Source: a virus. Taken from it: 64,000 bases of DNA. The stretch lies in the IMG/VR virus record IMGVR_UViG_3300045988_126562; one strand, 5' to 3'. Shown one piece after another: positions 51,707 to 62,595 of this stretch. The notes below the pieces were generated by a model. It did no database searches, was not told the origin of the DNA, and was given only the letters and a program-made list of their open reading frames with translations. A program made the translations under genes and the position numbers. Every line of letters begins with the position of its first letter. Within the stretch, counting starts at the first letter, position 1.

Positions 51707-52150
51707 ATGGCAGCAGAAAGGTACACAAGTAACATAAGTACTACAATTAACAAGGAGGTACATTCTTTATTGTGCCTAGTAGTTTATGAGTTAGAAAATA
51801 TGAAAACTTGTAAACTTACTAATGAGAGAGAGAAAAACTCACAGATTCTTTTATTAACTCCAGAGGAATTAAATATTGATGCCATCTGGAAGAAACTTAA
51901 TATTAACGAAGATTACTTAATTAGTAAAGTCATTACTTCTATACAAGTAATAGAGAAAGATGTAACTATTACGAATGTAGGTACAGCTGATGATTATGAA
52001 AACTACAACGTACATGTAGATGACGGACATATAAATGTAGATAATAATGTAGAAACAACTGTAACTAACAATGTAGATGTAAGTGTTACTAATAAGCCAC
52101 AAGTTTCACTTGACGAACCTATTGATGTAAGAGTAACTAATTTACCATGA
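51707..52150 (+). CDS. hypothetical protein
   Basis: 147-aa ORF; first gene of the plus-strand block. Confidence 0.55.
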   Translation: MAAERYTSNISTTINKEVHSLLCLVVYELENMKTCKLTNEREKNSQILLLTPEELNIDAIWKKLNINEDYLISKVITSIQVIEKDVTITNVGTADDYENYNVHVDDGHINVDNNVETTVTNNVDVSVTNKPQVSLDEPIDVRVTNLP

Positions 52151-52533
52151 AAAAACTAGAAATCTTAAATAAAGTTTCTTCTATGAGAGTTTCTGAATTA
52201 TTAGATTTTGTAAATGAATATGATATTTTATATGAGGATTACAAATTCTATTTTGAAAATTTGCTAGATGAAGGCATACTAGAGACTCCAGTAGAAAAAG
52301 TATGTACATTCTTAGAATTGTGTGATATATCCAATTTTATTGGGAATCAGAAAAAGTCTGATATTCCTCTTACTTGTAAATTCAGAATAGAAAAAATAGA
52401 TAAGTCTATACTTACTGTAGAAAAATTTACAGAAATTTATAAAGAAGATAAATCAAAAGCCGAAAAATTATTATATGCAGCTATGTTTGTAGATGATACT
52501 TTAAGTGCATACAAGAAAACATTTAATATATAA
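52147..52533 (+). CDS. hypothetical protein
   Basis: 128-aa ORF. Confidence 0.55.
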   Translation: MKKLEILNKVSSMRVSELLDFVNEYDILYEDYKFYFENLLDEGILETPVEKVCTFLELCDISNFIGNQKKSDIPLTCKFRIEKIDKSILTVEKFTEIYKEDKSKAEKLLYAAMFVDDTLSAYKKTFNI

Positions 52534-52541
52534 AAAGAAAA

Positions 52542-52575
52542 AGCCTGACACCTACAAATAGTGCCAGGCTTTTTT
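52542..52575. terminator. bidirectional rho-independent terminator
   Basis: AGCCTGaCAC..GTGcCAGGCT hairpin with A and T runs on both sides, between convergent genes. Confidence 0.65.
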
Positions 52576-53455
52576 ATTGTGTTGCTAATACTGGTTTATA
52601 ATTTCTAAATAAAGATTGTGTCATATTTAGTAACTCTCTACCAACTGTAGTTCTGTATTCATTAGCTTTATTATACGCTTCTATTATTCTTTTTGATAAA
52701 TTAGGATCTTTTGGAGACTCCATTCCTTTTATAGGATAGTTATACTCATCTATATAATTTTTCATTTGAGGACCATTAAACCTCCTTTGAGTTTTTACAG
52801 TCTTTTCTGGCTGTAATAGAACTTCTCCACTTAGAACTCCATCATATCCTTTAGATTTGGAATGTTTTATACCTTCATCGTACAATACATTAGATAGTCC
52901 CTTTCCTTGTTCAGTTTTAGCTACATTAATATATTCTGGCCTCATCCATTTTCTTCCAAATTCCTCTGCTGGACTCAATTCTATATCGGCTATTACTCCT
53001 TTCTTAGGAGTAGATAAAGATATTTTATCAATCCCAAACTTCTCTTTAGTTATAGTTTTAACTATATCATCAGCCTCAGATAGAGGAAGTTTTAGTGCTT
53101 TTATATTAATATACGGTAATGCCTCAAATGCTGCGGAACTCATAGCTTTCTTTAACAGAGCTTTATTTCCAGTTTTCTTATAATTAGAAGCAGCAGCTCC
53201 AATTCTTCCCATAGCTAATGCTGGAGATAATGGAGAGAAATCTAAAGCTGTTTCAGCAACTCTTATAATTGGCCTAGCTACTTTACTAGTTCCATTTCTA
53301 ACTACCTGTCCTAGATCTAAATTATTTCTTGGAGTTATAAGAACTTCTGGAAGGGATACTTCATAAGTATCTCCATTATAAGAATTAACTACTTGATTAT
53401 TTTCGTAGGCTTCTTTATATTCTCTAGTTCCGTATTTAATCTTTTTTGGATTCAT
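52574..53455 (-). CDS. hypothetical protein with GNAT-like C-terminal segment
   Basis: 293 aa. EQGKGLSNVLYDEGIKHSKSKGYDGV resembles acetyltransferase motif A. Confidence 0.4.
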   Translation of the reverse strand: MNPKKIKYGTREYKEAYENNQVVNSYNGDTYEVSLPEVLITPRNNLDLGQVVRNGTSKVARPIIRVAETALDFSPLSPALAMGRIGAAASNYKKTGNKALLKKAMSSAAFEALPYINIKALKLPLSEADDIVKTITKEKFGIDKISLSTPKKGVIADIELSPAEEFGRKWMRPEYINVAKTEQGKGLSNVLYDEGIKHSKSKGYDGVLSGEVLLQPEKTVKTQRRFNGPQMKNYIDEYNYPIKGMESPKDPNLSKRIIEAYNKANEYRTTVGRELLNMTQSLFRNYKPVLATQ

Positions 53456-53696
53456 TAGAATTTGTTTGTTTAAAAGGATTCCTATTTCTAAATGCAGATG
53501 TTACTGAATCAATTCCTAGTAATGCACAGCTAGACCAAAATAACATTTCAACTATATCAGGACTAGGTATAGCATGAAATAATGCCACAGCAGCAGATAT
53601 TAAACATAATATCCACCCTAAACATCCAGCCACTCTTTTACTAGAAGGATTTTTGCCTTCAGAAACAGTATCCCATATAAAAGTTTTAAAATCCAT
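53436..53696 (-). CDS. small membrane protein
   Basis: 86 aa with two TM segments. Confidence 0.5.
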   Translation of the reverse strand: MDFKTFIWDTVSEGKNPSSKRVAGCLGWILCLISAAVALFHAIPSPDIVEMLFWSSCALLGIDSVTSAFRNRNPFKQTNSNESKKD

Positions 53697-53697
53697 T

Positions 53698-55224
53698 TTA
53701 GAAATTGTACCTTCTAATTTGATTTTCCATATCTATTCCTTTTCCTTCTGGATTCCAATGCTTATCGGAAGAGTTTATGTTTTGTAATAAATATTTTCTC
53801 AACCCTCCATTTCCTCCTAACCAAGCTCCACCTAACATACCCCATCTGCTTATGCCTTTCGATTTAGCCGCCTCTATATCTTCTTTAGTGAAACCTTTTT
53901 CCATAGCTTTAGCTAAATTAATAGCTGCACGTATCTGTAATTTTGGATTGTTTAGGAATGTTTGAGTATCTACTCCTGCATAAGACTTAATATTATTATA
54001 CTTATTATCATCTTGCATAAATTGAAAATATCCCCATGCTGGGGCATATTTATTTTTTGCCTTACTATCAAACCCACTTTCATACTTAGCTACTGTAGTT
54101 AAGAAATCTCGATATTCAGCAGCATCGGGCATTTCAAATATTAATTCATCATATATCTTATTAAATGCATCATTACCTTTACTTGGGTTAGCCAGAGGAG
54201 TTTTTTTAACAATAGGCTCTTCTTTACTTACAGGAATTTCTTTTTGATCTTGTTTTTCTTCCTGTTCTTTGGGATTACCAAGTAAGTTGATAGATGCCGA
54301 ATTTTCTGTTCTTTCAAGGAACCTATCCAAATTGGATTTAGGAGTATAGTCTACTTCTGGCAATTTTATATTGGAAGTAGAAATATTATTCCAAGATACA
54401 AATATACTAGGATCAATGGATAATACTCCCCCACTCTGATTCTTTTTTACTCTATTATTAGTATATGTAGGTCTATCACTTTTGATAAACTTTTTTCTCA
54501 TATCCCTTTTAGAGTTTTGCTCCTCAGCATTCTTAACTAACTTGGATTTTTTTGGAGTAAATCTTCCTCCAAATTTATATTTATGATCTCTAAATAAAAA
54601 TGCAATCACGTTGGAATATTCTGCTCTTTTATCTAATGACACATTACTTTTAGGCCTCAATATATGTTCTCCTAATGCCTTAGTTTTATCAGTTATAGAG
54701 GAATTTGGATCCATGAATACATTTTTAGCTATTTGACCTCTTAAAGGTTCTCCATTTTTATTTGCCCAAGGAGTCCAGTTTGTAATAGTTACAGTTTGTT
54801 TTCCATTCTTATCTGGTTTTGTCAGATGCAATATTTCATCGTTAGCCTCTCCTATTATAAAATCGGTTTGAGATTCCGGAGTATTTCCATTTTTTTGAAT
54901 AAAATCACTATAGTCATTCCATCTATATTTATTCTCTTCTGTATTATCTATTTGGTAAATTCCATTTCCTCCTCCTTTTTTTGTTATAGTGTGATCCAAC
55001 CTACTTTCTTCTACTCCATTTCCTAAATAAGACACGTTATTTTTAAACGAAGTACTAACAGTAGGATTGTTTTTATGCAATAATTTTATATGAGAAAAGA
55101 TTCTAACTAAATTATTTATATTAACTCCTTTTTTTCCAAGAGCAGCATCGAGACTCCTATAAGGTATTAAATTTATATCAACTTCTTTCCTATTAGGAAA
55201 TTCTATTGGTTTTAATGGTTCCAT
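53698..55224 (-). CDS. protein with C-terminal lytic transglycosylase (SLT-like) domain
   Basis: 508 aa. VAKYESGFDSKAKNKYAPAWGYFQFM matches the ES...GxxQ transglycosylase motif. Confidence 0.6.
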   Translation of the reverse strand: MEPLKPIEFPNRKEVDINLIPYRSLDAALGKKGVNINNLVRIFSHIKLLHKNNPTVSTSFKNNVSYLGNGVEESRLDHTITKKGGGNGIYQIDNTEENKYRWNDYSDFIQKNGNTPESQTDFIIGEANDEILHLTKPDKNGKQTVTITNWTPWANKNGEPLRGQIAKNVFMDPNSSITDKTKALGEHILRPKSNVSLDKRAEYSNVIAFLFRDHKYKFGGRFTPKKSKLVKNAEEQNSKRDMRKKFIKSDRPTYTNNRVKKNQSGGVLSIDPSIFVSWNNISTSNIKLPEVDYTPKSNLDRFLERTENSASINLLGNPKEQEEKQDQKEIPVSKEEPIVKKTPLANPSKGNDAFNKIYDELIFEMPDAAEYRDFLTTVAKYESGFDSKAKNKYAPAWGYFQFMQDDNKYNNIKSYAGVDTQTFLNNPKLQIRAAINLAKAMEKGFTKEDIEAAKSKGISRWGMLGGAWLGGNGGLRKYLLQNINSSDKHWNPEGKGIDMENQIRRYNF

Positions 55225-55502
55225 TTTCTAGCATTGGCTGCGAATGTGGCTCTTTTTCTGATTGCTGGGTTAGGACTGTTCTTTCCTTTAGAAATACACT
55301 CAGAAGTTACTTTACCTCCACAATAATCAGTAAATTTGCCTCTATTCTCTTTTTTAATATGTATCTTATTTTTTCCTCCCTTTTCTAGCAATCTTTTCAC
55401 CGGGCCACCCTTTTTAAGGTACATAATCTCTTCCGAAGATAATTTACTAATGCGGTCCTTCAGAGCAGCCGCAATACGTTCATAAGACTTTTCGTTATAC
55501 AT
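55212..55502 (-). CDS. hypothetical basic protein
   Basis: 96-aa ORF. Confidence 0.5.
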   Translation of the reverse strand: MYNEKSYERIAAALKDRISKLSSEEIMYLKKGGPVKRLLEKGGKNKIHIKKENRGKFTDYCGGKVTSECISKGKNSPNPAIRKRATFAANARKWNH

Positions 55503-55660
55503 CGTTATTAAGTATTTTAAGGTTTTACTTTTTATGCTACGAAATTAGTCGTAAATTTGCACATAAACAAATGAATCTTAGATAACTGGAAAATGGAGGA
55601 ACTATAGAAGTAGTGAATTGTTAAACTAACTATATATTAACCCAAAAACAAAATAATTAG

Positions 55661-56350
55661 ATGGTATTAGATCTTTTTACAAAACTGTATTCGCTCGTAT
55701 CTCAATTAAGCTCGAATACTAAAAATCTCATTATTGTAGTGATGTTTTTCGTCATATCAATAATAGCTTATGAAGATTTAGGCAATAGAATAGTAGACGA
55801 TACAGTTAAAACTACTCTTGAGCTAAAAACAAAAGCGGAGAATTACTCTAAAGAGATGACACCTGCTATAAACGGACATGTATATCATATCTTAATGAGT
55901 GATCCGGATGCCTGTAATGTTATACTTTTAAGTTATCATAATTCCCAAACAAGCTCACAGGGATTCTCTTACTTGTATATTACTGGACTTACGGAGGAAG
56001 GAAGATGGGACATAACTAAGCCATATATAAGTAATTGGCATGAATTAAGTGCTATCAATTACGGCAATGAGCTAGATAGAATCCACAAACTCGAATATTT
56101 ACGAGTTGATAGTGTAGAAAATATGAAGGAGGAATATCCTAAGTTATATTTTAAGCTAAAAGAATGTGATGCATCTAGTGCGGCTTTTTATCCTATTCAA
56201 AGCAGGACTAACACCGCTGGTATGTTAGTAATGTTATACAAAAATACTAAGAAGTATGAATTAGGTTATTATATGAAAACTATAGAACCTTGTATGACTG
56301 AATTATATGACATACTTGACTACATGAAGAAACAAGAAAATATGAAATAA
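55661..56350 (+). CDS. membrane-anchored hypothetical protein
   Basis: 229 aa with an N-terminal TM segment. Confidence 0.55.
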   Translation: MVLDLFTKLYSLVSQLSSNTKNLIIVVMFFVISIIAYEDLGNRIVDDTVKTTLELKTKAENYSKEMTPAINGHVYHILMSDPDACNVILLSYHNSQTSSQGFSYLYITGLTEEGRWDITKPYISNWHELSAINYGNELDRIHKLEYLRVDSVENMKEEYPKLYFKLKECDASSAAFYPIQSRTNTAGMLVMLYKNTKKYELGYYMKTIEPCMTELYDILDYMKKQENMK

Positions 56351-56351
56351 T

Positions 56352-57272
56352 ATGAAGGTTGATAAAAGAAATGGTGAATGTTTGTACAATGATTTAGAAC
56401 ATGTGTACTGGAAAGAGAGTACTAATGAAAAGTATATCTCAGTGACTACCTTAATAGGTAGGTTTGAGGCTAAGTTTGATAAGGATTTTTGGTCCAAATA
56501 TAAAGCCTTAGAAAGGATATTAGGAAAAGAAAGATTCGCTTTAGAAAAAACTAAACTATTAAAGACTCATAAATTTGATATAGGAGTCTTAAGTGTATAT
56601 GACATTTCTGAAAAGGACTTTCTTAGTGTACAACAAGATATTCTTGATGAATGGGAACAAACTAACAAAGAGTCTTGTGAACGAGGAACAGCTATTCACG
56701 CACAATTAGAAGCCTATAGTAAAGGTGGAAAATTCAAGGAAAAAATAGTTCCTAAATTAAACAAGGACTTCGATAACTTTAATTGTTATGTTAATCCAGA
56801 TAAGAATGAACTTGTTAAGTCTATAGACAGAGGTATTCTTCCAGAATATTTAGTTTATAGAGAATCTGATGATGGGGTACTAAAAATAGCTGGTCAAATA
56901 GACCTTCTTATTAAAGACGGTAATGACATTTATATTGTAGACTATAAGACTAACAAAGAAATAAAAATGAAATCCGGATTTGATACTTCTACTAAAAGAA
57001 ACGCTATGATGCAGTATCCATTAAATAATCTTATGGATTGCAATTATATTCATTATACTCTACAATTAAGTACATATGCTTGGATGCTCCAAAAAATAAA
57101 TCCAGAATATAATGTAAAGGGTTTAATACTGGTTCACTATGATCACAATGGAAACGTCACTACATATCAACTTGATTATCTAAAATCTGATGTAGAAAGG
57201 ATGTTAGCTTATTACAAAACAGTAAGGAAAAGGGAGTTAGCAGAAGAACAAAGAAAAAGAATAGAATTTTAA
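56352..57272 (+). CDS. PD-(D/E)XK nuclease (RecB/Cas4-like exonuclease)
   Basis: GTAIHAQLE, GQIDLLIKDG..IYIVDYKT and YTLQLSTYAWML motifs. Confidence 0.6.
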   Translation: MKVDKRNGECLYNDLEHVYWKESTNEKYISVTTLIGRFEAKFDKDFWSKYKALERILGKERFALEKTKLLKTHKFDIGVLSVYDISEKDFLSVQQDILDEWEQTNKESCERGTAIHAQLEAYSKGGKFKEKIVPKLNKDFDNFNCYVNPDKNELVKSIDRGILPEYLVYRESDDGVLKIAGQIDLLIKDGNDIYIVDYKTNKEIKMKSGFDTSTKRNAMMQYPLNNLMDCNYIHYTLQLSTYAWMLQKINPEYNVKGLILVHYDHNGNVTTYQLDYLKSDVERMLAYYKTVRKRELAEEQRKRIEF

Positions 57273-57383
57273 CTACGGCAAGCATAGTAATAATAAAATA
57301 TGAATGGAGACGAAATTATTTATATTTCACACATTAAAACAGACCAGAATACTATATAATGCCGTAGTTAATAATTTTAAGTT

Positions 57384-57590
57384 ATGGACAAGTTAGTAGA
57401 AGAAAGGCTAAAACTTTGTAGAAAATGTCCACTATACAACAACGGAGTATGTAATCAACGTTTGTTTTACAATCCTCAAACGGGAGATGTAAGTAGTACA
57501 CCAAAAGGAGGATATACTTCTGGATGTGGATGTGTAATAAAATACAAAGTTAAATCTAGAGTAGAAAGATGCCCGGTAGGCAAATGGTAA
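57384..57590 (+). CDS. Cys-rich small protein
   Basis: 68 aa. LCRKCP...GCGCVIKYK...RCPVGKW; paralog of the next gene. Confidence 0.5.
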   Translation: MDKLVEERLKLCRKCPLYNNGVCNQRLFYNPQTGDVSSTPKGGYTSGCGCVIKYKVKSRVERCPVGKW

Positions 57591-57596
57591 GGATGT

Positions 57597-57815
57597 ATGA
57601 AGATACTAAGGAAATTTAGAAATATTATTATAGGAAACATAAATAATATTTTTAACTTAAACAAGGAAGTCAGTAATCCTAGAATGGATATATGTAATAG
57701 ATGTGAGTATGCTAAGGAGATATTAAAATTAGGTAAAATCTGTACGCAATGCGGATGTATATTAAAAGCAAAAACAACAGTAAAAGAAGAGCATTGTGTA
57801 TTAAATAAATGGTAA
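57597..57815 (+). CDS. Cys-rich small protein (paralog)
   Basis: 72 aa. ICNRCE...QCGCILKAK...HCVLNKW. Confidence 0.5.
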   Translation: MKILRKFRNIIIGNINNIFNLNKEVSNPRMDICNRCEYAKEILKLGKICTQCGCILKAKTTVKEEHCVLNKW

Positions 57816-57822
57816 TAAAATT

Positions 57823-58386
57823 ATGAATAATGGACAAATGAATTATGTAATGGGAGGAAACTCAGTAGCTATGTCAGGAGCTGAAACTATATCTGAAATG
57901 ACTAAAAAAGAAGCAGTTAGGGCGTTTAATGAAGCTAATAAAAAGGCTGAAGATGCTTATAGAAAAAATATTGATGCTCAAATAGCCAAGTCCAATGAGA
58001 ACAAAAAGAAAGCAGAGGATCTAGAAATTATGCCAGTAGGCCCATATATATTATTTAAATTATATACAGAAAATCCCTACGAACAAATAATTCAAACAGA
58101 CTCTGGATTAATTTTACCTTCTTTTGATGGAAGAGAATTAACTAAAGAAACAGGACAGTTAGAAAAACAACCAAAAGCTGTAGAAATAGGACATGTAATA
58201 GAAGTTGGGCCAGAAGTGGTAAATATTAAACCTGGAGATGACATAATGTTAAGAGCGGGAATGATATTACCTGTTCCATTTTTAAGACAGGGTTTTTGGA
58301 TTACTGGACAAAACAATGTACTAGTAGTAATTAATAAGGGATTAACTGACCGTTTTGACGAATATAAGAATAAAAAATTAAATTAA
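57823..58386 (+). CDS. GroES-like co-chaperonin candidate
   Basis: The C-terminal ~100 aa follow the Cpn10 pattern (MPVGPYILFK...TDSGLILP...GHVIEVGPEV...IKPGDDIML). Confidence 0.5.
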   Translation: MNNGQMNYVMGGNSVAMSGAETISEMTKKEAVRAFNEANKKAEDAYRKNIDAQIAKSNENKKKAEDLEIMPVGPYILFKLYTENPYEQIIQTDSGLILPSFDGRELTKETGQLEKQPKAVEIGHVIEVGPEVVNIKPGDDIMLRAGMILPVPFLRQGFWITGQNNVLVVINKGLTDRFDEYKNKKLN

Positions 58387-58628
58387 TGAAAATGGAAGAA
58401 AAAATATTTTTTAAGCCGGGTGATACAGTTATTCTGAAACAAAATATACCTAATAGACCAAAAATGGTAGTAGTTTGCAAGGTATCTTCTTACTTGAGGG
58501 ATCCTAAAAGTAATTATTTTAGAGGAATCAAGTGCAGATGGTTCAATAGCAACATGGAATTACAAGAAGCAGTTTTTAATACTAAAGACCTTCTTATAGT
58601 TGAATCAGCAGAAAATAGTAATAATTAA
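58386..58628 (+). CDS. hypothetical protein
   Basis: 80-aa ORF. Confidence 0.5.
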   Translation: MKMEEKIFFKPGDTVILKQNIPNRPKMVVVCKVSSYLRDPKSNYFRGIKCRWFNSNMELQEAVFNTKDLLIVESAENSNN

Positions 58629-58667
58629 ATATATAGGAAGGCATCAAAAGTGTCTTCCTTTTCGTAT

Positions 58668-59390
58668 ATGAAGGAATTGGATTCTAAGCAGAGAGCGTTC
58701 GTCCTGTATGCTGCTAAGATATTAAGATGCAAAGATGGGGACGAACTAAATAAGAAGATTCAAGCATTGTCAACAGATGAGCTTAATCAACTAACAACAT
58801 CATTCGATAAAATTTATAATCAACAAATGGAAAATAGTACATTAATGGCTAGGTTAGGCACTAAACTTAATTATATTAAAAAGCTTAACAACAGGTGTCC
58901 AGAAGGATATGAAGTAGAAGTATTTAGAGCAGGAGGTAAACCTTGCATGAGATGTAAAAAAATACAAGGGGCTATTCCAGTGGCTGCTCATAAAAATGGG
59001 AAAACTATTAATGATATTAAGTCAGAGATAGCTAAAGATAAATGTGGCAGCAAGATGAAAAAGAAAAAAATGGAATGTGGAGGGAAAACCAAATCAATGT
59101 GCGGAGGCTCGAAAATGCAAAATGGAGGCAAAGCGTATGATTCAAAAGAACATGAAAAATTGGTAAAAGATTATCAATCTGGTAAAATAAAACAAGGAAG
59201 CCCCCAGCATAGAAGGCTACAGGAATTAAACAGAAGTTCAGAAGCTGCTCATGACGAGGACAGAATAAGTAGACCTTCAAATTCAGGAAAGAAAACATTA
59301 ATGGAAAAGAATAAGAAAGCTATAAGATATAGAAAGCACGAAAACGGAGGAACTCTTACAGAAAATTTTAGAAATACTTATTTTAAATAA
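58668..59390 (+). CDS. hypothetical basic protein
   Basis: Track ORF 58650..59390 begins at GTG; the first ATG is Met7 at 58668. Confidence 0.5.
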   Translation: MKELDSKQRAFVLYAAKILRCKDGDELNKKIQALSTDELNQLTTSFDKIYNQQMENSTLMARLGTKLNYIKKLNNRCPEGYEVEVFRAGGKPCMRCKKIQGAIPVAAHKNGKTINDIKSEIAKDKCGSKMKKKKMECGGKTKSMCGGSKMQNGGKAYDSKEHEKLVKDYQSGKIKQGSPQHRRLQELNRSSEAAHDEDRISRPSNSGKKTLMEKNKKAIRYRKHENGGTLTENFRNTYFK

Positions 59391-59418
59391 GTAAATATAA
59401 ATAAATTAATGGACTAAT

Positions 59419-60000
59419 ATGAATGTGTTTACGTTTAATCATCAATTAAACAGAGTAGAAATTAATGAGGCAGAAATATTGCTAATTAAGGAATTTGCTC
59501 TTTTATTTGGGTTAGAGAGAAATAAAACTAAAGAGGATCCAACTGGAGTTAAAAAAACTAGAGCATTTAGAGAATTTACTTATATATGGCTTATGCTAGA
59601 TTGGAAATCTCCATATTCTGATTATCCAGAACAAGCCAGACATAAAGATGTAATGGTAGATGCAGGTTTAACTCAAGAAGAGTTTGATGATCCTATCTTC
59701 AGAGCAGCATGTAGAAAATATAGAGAGTTGCAAGAATCATCCATAACAGTAAAAATGTTTCAAGCTGCTCAAAATACAGTTATAAAATTTATAGATTACT
59801 TCAACAGTATTGATCCACAGGAAAGAGATCCAGTGACCGGTAAACCTATATTTAAAGTAAAGGATATTATGCTTGAAGTAAAAGGTTTATCTGAGGTAAA
59901 TGAAAATCTCAAAGCATTAGAATTACAAGTTAAAAAAGAACAATCTGGAGGAGAAGATGATGTTTTAGGAGATGTTAGAAGTGGAACTTTTGACGATTAA
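59419..60000 (+). CDS. terminase small subunit candidate
   Basis: 193-aa ORF immediately upstream of the large terminase. Assigned by position only. Confidence 0.35.
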   Translation: MNVFTFNHQLNRVEINEAEILLIKEFALLFGLERNKTKEDPTGVKKTRAFREFTYIWLMLDWKSPYSDYPEQARHKDVMVDAGLTQEEFDDPIFRAACRKYRELQESSITVKMFQAAQNTVIKFIDYFNSIDPQERDPVTGKPIFKVKDIMLEVKGLSEVNENLKALELQVKKEQSGGEDDVLGDVRSGTFDD

Positions 60001-60002
60001 TT

Positions 60003-62324
60003 ATGGCTAGAGGCAGAAAGAAAGGTTCTAAGTTAATAGAAGGAAAAGTAACTGAAGCTATTAATGAAGCTTTACCTGATAATATAAACCTTACTAAGGT
60101 AGGATTAGGATACAATATCCAAGTAAATGATGAGGCTTTAGAAGGATTTAGCTTGGTAACTAAAGAAAGTGTTGAGGAGGCTAGAAAACAGAATAGTCCT
60201 ATTATGTCTTCCAAAATAAATTGGGATGTTCCAATAGACCAAGAAATATCATACTTCGATTCTGATTTATCTTATGAACTTACTAAATATAGGCCAGTAA
60301 ATGAAACACAAGGATTAGATTTCAATCCTGATTGGTTTACTGAAGTTAGAGATTTGAAAGTTTCTTCTGGTCATTATACCCAATATAAACCTGGAACTAA
60401 ATCTCATAGAGATTTTTGGTCTGAGCAATATAGGAGGTGTATAGAGGGATATGAAGTAAATGGATATAGAATAACAGGAGATAACTACTTCTTTTTGAAC
60501 TTTTATAGGTTAATGAATGTAACAGACGTAAAAGTCGCTGGTAGTGGTCGTGAAGTAAGTTTTCCAAGATTTTTTTCTAAACAATATGAGTATTTTCATT
60601 ATATAGACTTATGCGAACATCTAAAAAAAGATGTATGTGCTTTAAAAGCTCGTGGAGTAGGATTTAGTGAAATAGCCGCATCATTAGGAGTTAGACTGTA
60701 TACAGTAAAAAGGGACATGCACATTATATATTCTGCGTATGCTGAAGGTAAGTTAAAACCACTATTAAAGAAATGTTGGGAACAGTTAGAATTCTTGAAT
60801 GTGGAAACAGAAGATGGAATGCGTCACGTACGGCAAAGATATAATAATGATATGCACAAAAAAGCCTCTAAGTTAAATAAACAGCGTGAAGAGTATGGAT
60901 GGAAATCTGATATACTAGGTATTGTAGTAGATAACCCAAATAAACTTAGAGGTGAGCGTGTGGACCGATTATTCTTTGAAGAAGCTGGTTCTAATCCTGC
61001 TTTATTAAAAACTTATATACAGGCTAATGCTCTTGTAGAAATATTAGGTAATAAGTTTGGTACAAGATTTGTATGGGGTACTGGAGGAGATAGTGGTCCA
61101 GCTTTAGCTGGATTATCAAAAATGTTTTATAATCCCAAGGGATATAATGTATTACCCCATAAACATAGATACTCTAAAACTGGTGATCCTGTAGAAACTG
61201 GGTATTTTATTCCAGCTTTTACTTTTGTAGCAGGAGATGGATATATTGATGATAGAGGAGTAACTCTAACTGAGAAAGCTAAGGCATACTATAATGAAAA
61301 GAAAAATGCTCTCGCAGAAAATGCTAAAGAGTATATAATGTTCTGTGCAGAGTATTGTTTTACTCCAGAAGATGCTTTAGCATTAGAAGGTGATAATCTA
61401 TTTAATAGAGAATTATTAGCTAATCAAAAAGCTGCTATAGAGTTACATAAAAGAGGCCCCAAACCAGTAAATGGGTATTTAGAGTATAAATTTAAAAATA
61501 ACGAACATGCTCAAGAAAATATAGAAGGATTTAAATTTATACCAAGTAATAATAGTAAATTACAAATATTGGAACATCCGATTAAGGGAGAAGATAATTC
61601 TATATTTAGAAATTTATATGTGGCTGGTATAGACGGTATAGACTTAGGGCAAAAAGAGACCTCCGACGCTACTAAAGATCCTTCTGATTTCTGTATAATA
61701 ATTCTTAAAAGAATGCAAGGAGTAAATCCTCCCATGCCAGTGGCTTATTATAAAGATAGACCACAGGACGTGAGAGAAGCATATAGAATTGCACTAAAAC
61801 TATTAGAATACTACAATTGCAAAGCAGTTCTTGAGTTTTCAAAGATAGGCTTTAAGAACTTTCTTGTAGACAAAAATATAGAACATAAGTGGTTAATGAG
61901 AAGAACAAGGGCCACTTTAGATGATCCTAACTCCGTTAGTAAACAATATGGAGTTCCAGCTAATGAAAAAACTATTCAACATCAATTAGAATTAATAGCT
62001 TCATTTGTAGAGGATTGGTGCGAACATATATGGTTTATAGATTTAATAAATGAATTACTAGAATATTCCTACGAGAATAAAAGAAAATTCGATGCTGTAG
62101 CAGCCTTTGGAATGTGTATGCTAGCAGATGAAGAGTTAATAGGAGTATTGCCAAGAGCTGATGAAGTTGTAAATAAAAAGTGGAGAAATGTTGGATGGTA
62201 TACAGATGAAAGAGGATATAAGAAATTTGGAGTAATTCCAGATAAGGACCAAATTACTCAGACAAATATAAGAAACGAATATGACCCATCAAGAGATAGA
62301 AGCAGCCGTCCTAGATACAATTGA
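60003..62324 (+). CDS. terL: terminase large subunit
   Basis: 773 aa with ATPase-like KARGVGFSE and DRLFFEEAG (Walker B plus catalytic Glu) and a nuclease-like VAGIDGIDLG. A portal-like gene follows. Confidence 0.7.
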   Translation: MARGRKKGSKLIEGKVTEAINEALPDNINLTKVGLGYNIQVNDEALEGFSLVTKESVEEARKQNSPIMSSKINWDVPIDQEISYFDSDLSYELTKYRPVNETQGLDFNPDWFTEVRDLKVSSGHYTQYKPGTKSHRDFWSEQYRRCIEGYEVNGYRITGDNYFFLNFYRLMNVTDVKVAGSGREVSFPRFFSKQYEYFHYIDLCEHLKKDVCALKARGVGFSEIAASLGVRLYTVKRDMHIIYSAYAEGKLKPLLKKCWEQLEFLNVETEDGMRHVRQRYNNDMHKKASKLNKQREEYGWKSDILGIVVDNPNKLRGERVDRLFFEEAGSNPALLKTYIQANALVEILGNKFGTRFVWGTGGDSGPALAGLSKMFYNPKGYNVLPHKHRYSKTGDPVETGYFIPAFTFVAGDGYIDDRGVTLTEKAKAYYNEKKNALAENAKEYIMFCAEYCFTPEDALALEGDNLFNRELLANQKAAIELHKRGPKPVNGYLEYKFKNNEHAQENIEGFKFIPSNNSKLQILEHPIKGEDNSIFRNLYVAGIDGIDLGQKETSDATKDPSDFCIIILKRMQGVNPPMPVAYYKDRPQDVREAYRIALKLLEYYNCKAVLEFSKIGFKNFLVDKNIEHKWLMRRTRATLDDPNSVSKQYGVPANEKTIQHQLELIASFVEDWCEHIWFIDLINELLEYSYENKRKFDAVAAFGMCMLADEELIGVLPRADEVVNKKWRNVGWYTDERGYKKFGVIPDKDQITQTNIRNEYDPSRDRSSRPRYN

Positions 62325-62595
62325 AAAGGCATATTGTGCTAAGTATGTAGGCAAAATAAAAGTAGAGAATTTAGTAGATTGTAATAAAAATATAATTGGA
62401 TACAAGCTTACTCTTGGATTGAATAATATAGAAAGACCTCTTACTATTCAAATGGAAGGAAATGTAGATCAGTTTCTTAAATATATAGAGAAAGAGCTAA
62501 GAAGTAGACATCTACATTACACTTCTTTTTATACTGGATATCAGATTATTCCGGAAGAGTGTAATATGGATACATCATGTGATTGTAAAAAATGA
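62281..62595 (+). CDS. hypothetical protein
   Basis: 104-aa ORF that overlaps the terL 3' end by 44 nt. Confidence 0.4.
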   Translation: MTHQEIEAAVLDTIEKAYCAKYVGKIKVENLVDCNKNIIGYKLTLGLNNIERPLTIQMEGNVDQFLKYIEKELRSRHLHYTSFYTGYQIIPEECNMDTSCDCKK